DNA from: Phallusia mammillata
Lineage: Eukaryota
Reading direction: 5' to 3'
NCBI GenBank assembly: GCA_965637545.1
Contig: OZ281500.1
Coordinates: 23,746,001 to 23,810,000 of the forward strand
DNA: 64,000 nt
The notes beneath the pieces are model-generated. The model saw only the letters and a program-made list of their open reading frames with translations. It had not been told where the DNA came from and searched no databases. This document shows, one piece after another, positions 60,301 through 64,000 of this stretch (positions are counted from its first letter, which is position 1; each line of letters begins with the position of its first letter). A program made the position numbers and the translations under genes.

Positions 60301-63300
60301 CAACCATTAAGTTCTGTACAAATAACAATATTTCTATTTAAGTTGAGTATACATTTTGTTTGTTTATTTAACATGTATGTATCCATCTGAAAAATGTGCA
60401 TTTTATTAAAATTAACAATTATAAATACAAAACTACTTCAAACATTTGGGTATTTTTTTACAACATTGTGTATTTTAATTTAAATTAAATAATAAAGCCT
60501 AGGAAGACTTGTATTTCCTGGTTAAATAAAACTAATTTCATGGCCCAAAGTTTTTTCATGCCATTTTTGTGCATCTGTAAACTAAACATTGATTGGGACA
60601 TTGATCTCTATGATGTAATGCTTGACCTTTCCATGTATGTGACAAGGGTGGGTCTAACAAACATATTGGATGGTGCAGTTCATTGTAAACTATGGCATTT
60701 ATTGCCAGTGTCAAGTTAATCTTTAACAACCCGACTCTATAGGCCAGTGGCTCCCAAACTATGCGCTGCGGCACACCAGTGAGATGTCATTAGGTGTGCC
60801 GCAAAAAATATTGAAATTAAAATCCATCAAGTAGAGTAGTAGTACCAGGTGCTTAGACCACTAGGCCAACATGCTCCACGTCTCTGAGATGTTCAACTAG
60901 GCTATTTAACTATGAGAGTGACCTGTATAGCGGATTTATGACCTCATAGTTAGTGCCTTTGTCAGCTAATTTGCTGTGCCATTTTAAACTGAAATAAAAA
61001 ATTCAAATATATTTTTTATTCAAATGTTCGAAGTGCGCCAAATCATTTTTGTTTTTTCTAAAATTAAAAGAAAAAATATTGGGAACCACTGCTATAGGCC
61101 TATACAGTGAATAAACTTTCCTTTTTGCTCAACTGGCAAATATAAACAAATCGTCTGATATTTTGCTGTCTCATTTGGGCGCCTTTATTAGGGTATACAG
61201 CAACTAAACTCCCATTTGCCAAACTTTTTGTTGTGTTTACCTGGAATGTAAAATTAACTAAAATGTTTTCATAACTGATGATAGCTAGAGTTAGGGTTTG
61301 GGCATGTAATTAAACATACACTTGTGATTGATTATTGTCTGTTTCATGACAAAAGTAAACACAGTTAACTCCTAGCAAATATTAAATTTACAGATTTCTA
61401 TGATAAAACATAAAAGTAGATTTCTATGATAAAACATAAAAGTAGATTTCTATGATAAAACATACTGCCTAAAACATACAAGTACAAAATATCAATCAAA
61501 ATTAAATTCAACATTCAACTAAGTTTGAATTACTTTCCAGTTAAAAGACACGAAAAACACGGAGAACACTTTCACGATGATGCATTTCCTCGCTTCAATG
61601 ATTGAGGAGCAGAAAGACAAGCGATACAATGAAGTCTATGGCTTTATCGATGATTTTAAACATATTCCTAAAGCTACAAGAGGTACATAAGTTAATTCGA
61701 ACCTGTTTGTTTAAAACAGGGGTCACCAAACTTTTTCACTGTCAGATAAGTTTAAAAATGATTCGCGCAGGCTGTATAGTTTACATGCCCTAGAGCCGTC
61801 TTTCCAAACTTAGACCGCGAGGCGATTTTAGGGCTGCCACAATATGGTCTTTCTACTATCACATTCAAAATCTGGTAAAGTGACTGTTAAACTGTATGTC
61901 GCCTTATCTTACAAGCAATGCTTGTATATTATGTCACAAGTAACAAAAGAAGACAATTGTTTGCACACAATTAACACTTGTAGTCTTGTCTGTAACGTAA
62001 CAAACTGGCTTTAAATCAATCCTGGGCGTTGTAATCCTTTAAAACTAGGTAGTATTATTCTTCATATCGCATCAGGAAAACTTTCGTGAGGAGTAGATTG
62101 ATTTTCGAATGTTACAAAGTTATCAATACAATTTGGCAAACCAAAAATTGTGGCCGCAGGTCGGATGAAATGACCTCGCAGCCCAGATCCGGCGCCCACT
62201 GACCATAGTTTGGTGACCCCTGGTTTAAAAGGACAATACACTAATGATACATATATACTTGCAATAATTCCATTAGTTTGGCAACACAACAAAGACGTTT
62301 ATTTTCAGATTAAAACCTTTGCCTTTTTTATTTAATACAAATATATTTTGGGGAAACATTGCTCTCTTTCTTTTAATAAAATCTGAAAAATCATTCTAAT
62401 ACTTGCAATAAAGGACAGAAAAAGGGACATTTTTTTATTTGTTTCTGCAATGGCCACCAAAAGTTATATTATAAGCCAAAACCAATATACCTGATTTATA
62501 CTTGATTTATACATCCATTATAGCCAGTATATTTTTGTATTACACTTATAAACTGATCATGAGCCAATTTACATGGAATTGGCTGTTCCTGTTTGAATTA
62601 TTTACACCATTTCTTCCTATCTCTCAGAGAAAGACTGTTTTTACTTTGTAAACAGTAACCCCTGGAAATCTTGTTTTTAGTAACTGACGACCAACTTCAG
62701 AAAAATATTAAAGTGATGAAAAGTGCCTTGAAACTTATGGAGAAGGACATCGAGTCGTTCGGCAAAAAGAAAGACCCCAAAGACAAATTCTCCGAAGTGA
62801 TGTCGATATCCTTTATTAAAAAAACTTACACATTAACTATAAAATACATTAGTGCTGTGGTTCCCAACCTTTGTCGACAAATTACTCCCTTCACAATTGA
62901 AAACATTTTCATTCCTCCCTAATAAACCACACAAAGATCATTTAAAACTGGGTCTTTTATCAACTTTACAGGTTATTCCCGGAGCTGAAGTGTCTATTTA
63001 CAAACCACATGTAAAAATTAAAGTAAATTTTTGCCCCGTTGGGAACCACTACATCAGTGGTTCTCAAAAATGGGCCAAAATGGGGTGTATGCAATAAGAA
63101 TAAATAAGCAAATCCTGGCTGTAGAACAGAATTCATTGATAAGGGAAATTTGGTCATATATCTCTTTATATGTTCTACATAACCAACTTAGTAAAAATGT
63201 TTTTGTGGCATGGAACCTGAGAAACAAATTTACATGTTTGTGTTTTTAGTTTCCAATTACAGTTAAAAAATAATCCTTAACCACATTTTTTTCACGTCTT

Positions 63301-63460
63301 CATTGAAAAAGCTCAGGACCAATTTGGTCTTATTGAGGAGATGTACGAAAACATGGTAAACTGCTACGACAAAATCTCTGATTTCTTCTGTTTTGACAAG
63401 AAGAAAAAACCAATGGAAGATTTCTTTGGTCAAATGAACACGTTTCGACAAGATTATCTG
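45345..63460 (+). CDS. DIAPH: Diaphanous-related formin (GBD-FH3-FH1-FH2), 3'-incomplete; exons 45345-45383, 45682-45849, 46764-46871, 48327-48478, 49126-49270, 49771-49901, 50208-50490, 53072-53190, 54291-54407, 54961-55038, 55476-55581, 56841-56966, 57224-57815, 58403-58596, 59413-59549, 60121-60223, 61541-61682, 62681-62805, 63296-63460
   Basis: LDRFTS, LESLRVSLNSNPLSWVQNFG, CLKAFMNNK, LDFRMHLRNE, FLSILQHFL, poly-Pro FH1, KELKVLDGKSAQNLSIFLG, LELVLMVGNYMN. All 19 exons join in frame, two of them via AT-AC introns. Confidence 0.95.
46176..46197. repeat. (AT)n microsatellite
   Basis: About 11 AT units; a second run lies at 46697-46715. Confidence 0.9.
49652..49717 (+). other. Degenerate minimal hammerhead-ribozyme-like relic, copy 2
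   Basis: CTGATGA-AGGTGTCTCGTA...-AAAAC-GTT...TGCTGGAAGAGC; homologous to 13668-13732. Confidence 0.4.
52400..52695. mobile_element. 5'-degraded hAT/Charlie-like MITE
   Basis: GCGGGCCGCA subterminal repeats and right end GCTTGCCCACCCCTG; the left boundary is approximate. Confidence 0.5.
53191..54290 (+). other. U12-type (minor spliceosome) AT-AC intron 1 of the formin
   Basis: 5' site ATATCCTTT; branch point TTCTTAAC at 54263-54270; 3' end GTTCAC|. The flanking exons join in frame. Confidence 0.92.
53875..54081. mobile_element. MITE family B inside U12 intron 1
   Basis: Perfect TSD CCCTAAGG; family-B ends and interior. Confidence 0.85.
58622..58800 (-). mobile_element. MITE family D, copy 3
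   Basis: Near-identical to 32486-32665. Confidence 0.85.
59105..59335. mobile_element. MITE family B
   Basis: CAGTGGTTCCCAACC...GGTTGGGAACCACTG; TSD AGTTAAAC/AGTCAAAC. Confidence 0.85.
60745..61091. mobile_element. hAT-type MITE
   Basis: CAGTGGCTCCCAA...TTGGGAACCACTG; perfect TSD CTATAGGC. Confidence 0.85.
61392..61463. repeat. 26-bp tandem repeat, ~2.8 copies
   Basis: Unit AGATTTCTATGATAAAACATAAAAGT. Confidence 0.9.
61717..62222. mobile_element. ~500-bp non-autonomous hAT element
   Basis: CAGGGGTCACCAAACT...AGTTTGGTGACCCCTG; perfect TSD GTTTAAAA. Confidence 0.85.
62806..63295 (+). other. U12-type AT-AC intron 2 of the formin
   Basis: 5' site ATATCCTTT; branch point TCCTTAAC at 63274-63281; 3' end TTTTCAC|. 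KFSEVMS joins VFIEKAQ in frame. Confidence 0.93.
62855..63051. mobile_element. MITE family B inside U12 intron 2
   Basis: TSD CATTAGTG/CATCAGTG; family-B ends. Confidence 0.8.
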
Positions 63461-64000
63461 GTGGGTGAAATTGAAATAGTTTAAATTTGCTGTTTAACAA
63501 AACACTATGAAAATATTATAGCATTAAGCATTTGTTTATTTGTCATATGGCAGTCACTTACTCACAAAAACTTTTTACGAAATGATTCATATATGAGTGG
63601 GTTGCAAGACCTTATGGATTTAGTGCAAAATGAATTTAAATTCATGAAGTAAAACTAATTTCTATGTAAAACAATTGTAGTATTTGTTAAGCTACAGCAC
63701 TTTTACCGTTTCTTTTTTTTAATTCTGGAAAACAACCCCTTTATTAACTACATTTTCAAGAATTAACCACACACACACATTAGTGTGGTGTCTGGTAATA
63801 TGTCTCCTGACTCAAATAGTTAGAAAAAGTTGTAAACTTGTTGTGTCAAACATTTTAGCAATTGCTTGTCATTAGTGATAGTCTGGCTCAGTGGCATATC
63901 CAGGGGGTTAGGAGTCCGAACCTCCCCTTTTCAAACAGTTTTACACAGATTAAATAGGCACAAAATGTTCCGTTTGCAGCTGCATGATTGCAGGGAGTCA

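Noticed and set aside
1-64000. CRISPR arrays, rRNA genes, prokaryotic or viral genes, autonomous transposase or RT ORFs
   Set aside because: None seen; the dispersed CAGTGG...CCACTG repeats are MITE TIRs with TSDs, not repeat-spacer arrays.

Overview
AT-rich animal genomic DNA with short spliceosomal introns, dense hAT-type MITEs, tightly packed genes and intronless genes in tandem. This looks like an invertebrate chordate, most likely an ascidian; that is an inference and the species cannot be determined. Genes reconstructed by hand, in order: 3' part of ANKRD10 (+), RAD9 (-), an orphan single-pass membrane protein (+), GMPPA (-), intronless ATG7 (-), intronless NRAMP/SLC11A (+), intronless AP-4 mu-like (+), ZMAT2 (-), NDFIP (+) and a Diaphanous formin (+, runs off the window end). 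Most notable observations: (1) ANKRD10 has four tandem, phase-matched, stop-containing candidate alternative last exons; (2) a 6-kb intron-free island (ATG7 / NRAMP / AP4M1) is arranged as two probable divergent operons around a 470-bp promoter containing a perfect DR1 element; (3) the formin has two U12-type AT-AC introns; (4) two degenerate hammerhead-ribozyme-like relics and two tRNA-like elements sharing an upstream hairpin leader are present. All coordinates and translations were done by eye and homologies come from recalled sequences, not database searches.
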